Shown here in pieces: positions 62,495 through 64,000 of a stretch of 64,000 bases of DNA. Below the pieces are notes generated by a model. That model saw only the letters and a list, made by a program, of their open reading frames with translations, searched no databases and was not told the DNA's origin. How positions within the stretch are numbered: position 1 is the first letter of the stretch; the number at the start of each line of letters is the position of its first letter. The translations under genes and the position numbers were made by a program. The stretch is from assembly GCF_004010195.1 (NCBI RefSeq), contig NC_057718.1, positions 45,124,894-45,188,893 of the forward strand. Reading direction: 5' to 3'. The stretch comes from Chiloscyllium plagiosum. Lineage: Eukaryota.

Positions 62495-64000
62495 CTATTC
62501 ATTCATGGGACATGGGCATTTCTGGTTAGCCAGCATCCCTAATTGCCCTTGAGAAGGTGGTGCTGACCTGCCTTCTTGAACCACTGCAGTCTACATGCTG
62601 TAGGTTGAGCTACAATGTCCTTACGGAGGGAATTCCGGGATTTTTACCTAGCAACAGTGAAAAATGGAGATATATTTCCAAGTCAGAATGTTCAGAGGCT
62701 TGGAGGGGAACTTCCAGGTGGTGGTATTCTCATTTATATGCAACGCTTGTCCTACTAAATGAAATCGCTTGTGGGATTGGAAAGTGCTGTCTAAGAAACA
62801 TTGGTAAAGTTCTACAGTCCATCTTGTAGATAGCACACACCGCTGTTAGCGAGCATCAGAAATTTATGCTTGTGGATGTGATGCCAATCATCAGGCTGTT
62901 TTGACCAGCATGGTGTCAAGCTATTTCAATGTTGTTGGAGCTGCACTCATCCAGGAAAGTGGGGAGTATAACTTCACATTTCTGGTAAATGATATACAGG
63001 CTTTGGAGAGACAGGATGCGAGTTATTCACTGCAGTATTACTCACTGTCCCGACCTGCTTTTGCAGCTGCTGTATTTATGTGGCAAGTCTAGTCGAGTTT
63101 CTAGTCAACAGTAACAACAAAGTTGTTGATATTGGGGAGTCAGTGACGGTAACGCAACTGCATGTCAAGATGCAGTGATTGGATTATCTTTTATTGGAGA
63201 TGGTCATTAGCATTCATGTCACACAAAAGCACTGGTCAGCCCAAGCCTGGATATTGTTCAGATATTGTTGCTTTTGAACATGGACTGCTACAGTATCTGA
63301 AGAGTAACAAATGGTGCTGAAATTTATGCAATCAGCAATCATCGCATTTTCTGACTTTATAATGGTGGGAAGTCGCTGATGAAGCAGCTGAAAATGGTTT
63401 AGACCTAGGACACTACCCCAAGGAATTCCTGCAAAGATGTCGTGGACCTGGGATGACTGACTTCCAACAATCACAATCATCTTCCCATGTGCCAGGTACG
63501 ACTCAAACTAGTACAGAGTTTCAGCAGATCAGAGCTGAAAATGTGTTGCTGGAAAAGCGCAGCAGGTCAGGCAGCATCCAGGGAACAGGAGAATCGACGT
63601 TTCGGGCATAAGCCCTTCTTCATGCCCGAAACGTCGATTCTCCTGTTCCCTGGATGCTGCCTGACCTGCTGCGCTTTTCCAGCAACACATTTTCAGCCCT
63701 AGTACAGAGTTTGCCTTCTGATAACCATCGATTCCAGTTTTGCTCGGTCTACTTGGATGCCATTCTGGGTCAAATGTGGGCTTGACATCAAGGATGGTTA
63801 ATCTCATCTCACTTCTGGAATTCAGCTCTTTTAGACCATGTTTGAACCAAGGCTGTAATGAGGTCAGAAGCTGAGCGTCAAAAAACAGGTTATTGCTGAG
63901 TAGGTGTTGCTTGATGGCACTGCTGATGACATCATTTTACGACGATTGAGAGTACACTAACCAGACAATGGTTGGCCAGGTTGATTATGCCCGGCTTTTT
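62495..64000 (-). mobile_element. LINE (CR1/L2 group) 3' region running off the right end
   Basis: GIPWGSVLG remnant; the tail at about 62495..62560 is the reverse complement of the shared LINE/SINE tail. Confidence 0.8.
63522..63698. mobile_element. Fold-back mini-element: perfect 76-bp inverted repeat with a truncated hammerhead at its centre
   Basis: Arms 63534..63609 and 63622..63697, 12-nt spacer; 14-bp TSD ctagtacagagttt at 63508..63521 and 63699..63712. Confidence 0.9.

Noticed and set aside
63487..63807. Opposite-strand ORFs with near-identical peptides
   Set aside because: A consequence of the perfect palindrome, not genes.

Overview
Vertebrate genomic DNA. The repeat families (HE1/V-SINE-like, CR1, Penelope, Rex1) suggest a cartilaginous fish, probably a shark; this is inference. 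The whole window lies inside a minus-strand CENPF (centromere protein F) gene. I mapped 15 GT-AG exons between 61039 and 1964 that join into one open frame of 8079 nt (2693 aa). The first exons lie to the right of the window and the last exons to the left. Exon numbering follows my recollection of human CENPF and should be checked. Unusually, the exon-14/15 coiled-coil module occurs three times: an older duplication plus a ~6 kb head-to-tail tandem duplication with its junction near 7629. The introns are dense with retroelements. The clearest hidden signal is a set of minimal type-I hammerhead ribozyme motifs (CUGANGA-N, stem II, GAAA, palindromic CG/GC, UH) carried by four Penelope-like or Penelope-associated repeat families. 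These include a near full-length Penelope whose body starts exactly at the predicted self-cleavage site, and tiny perfect fold-back elements flanked by 14-bp target-site duplications (TSDs).
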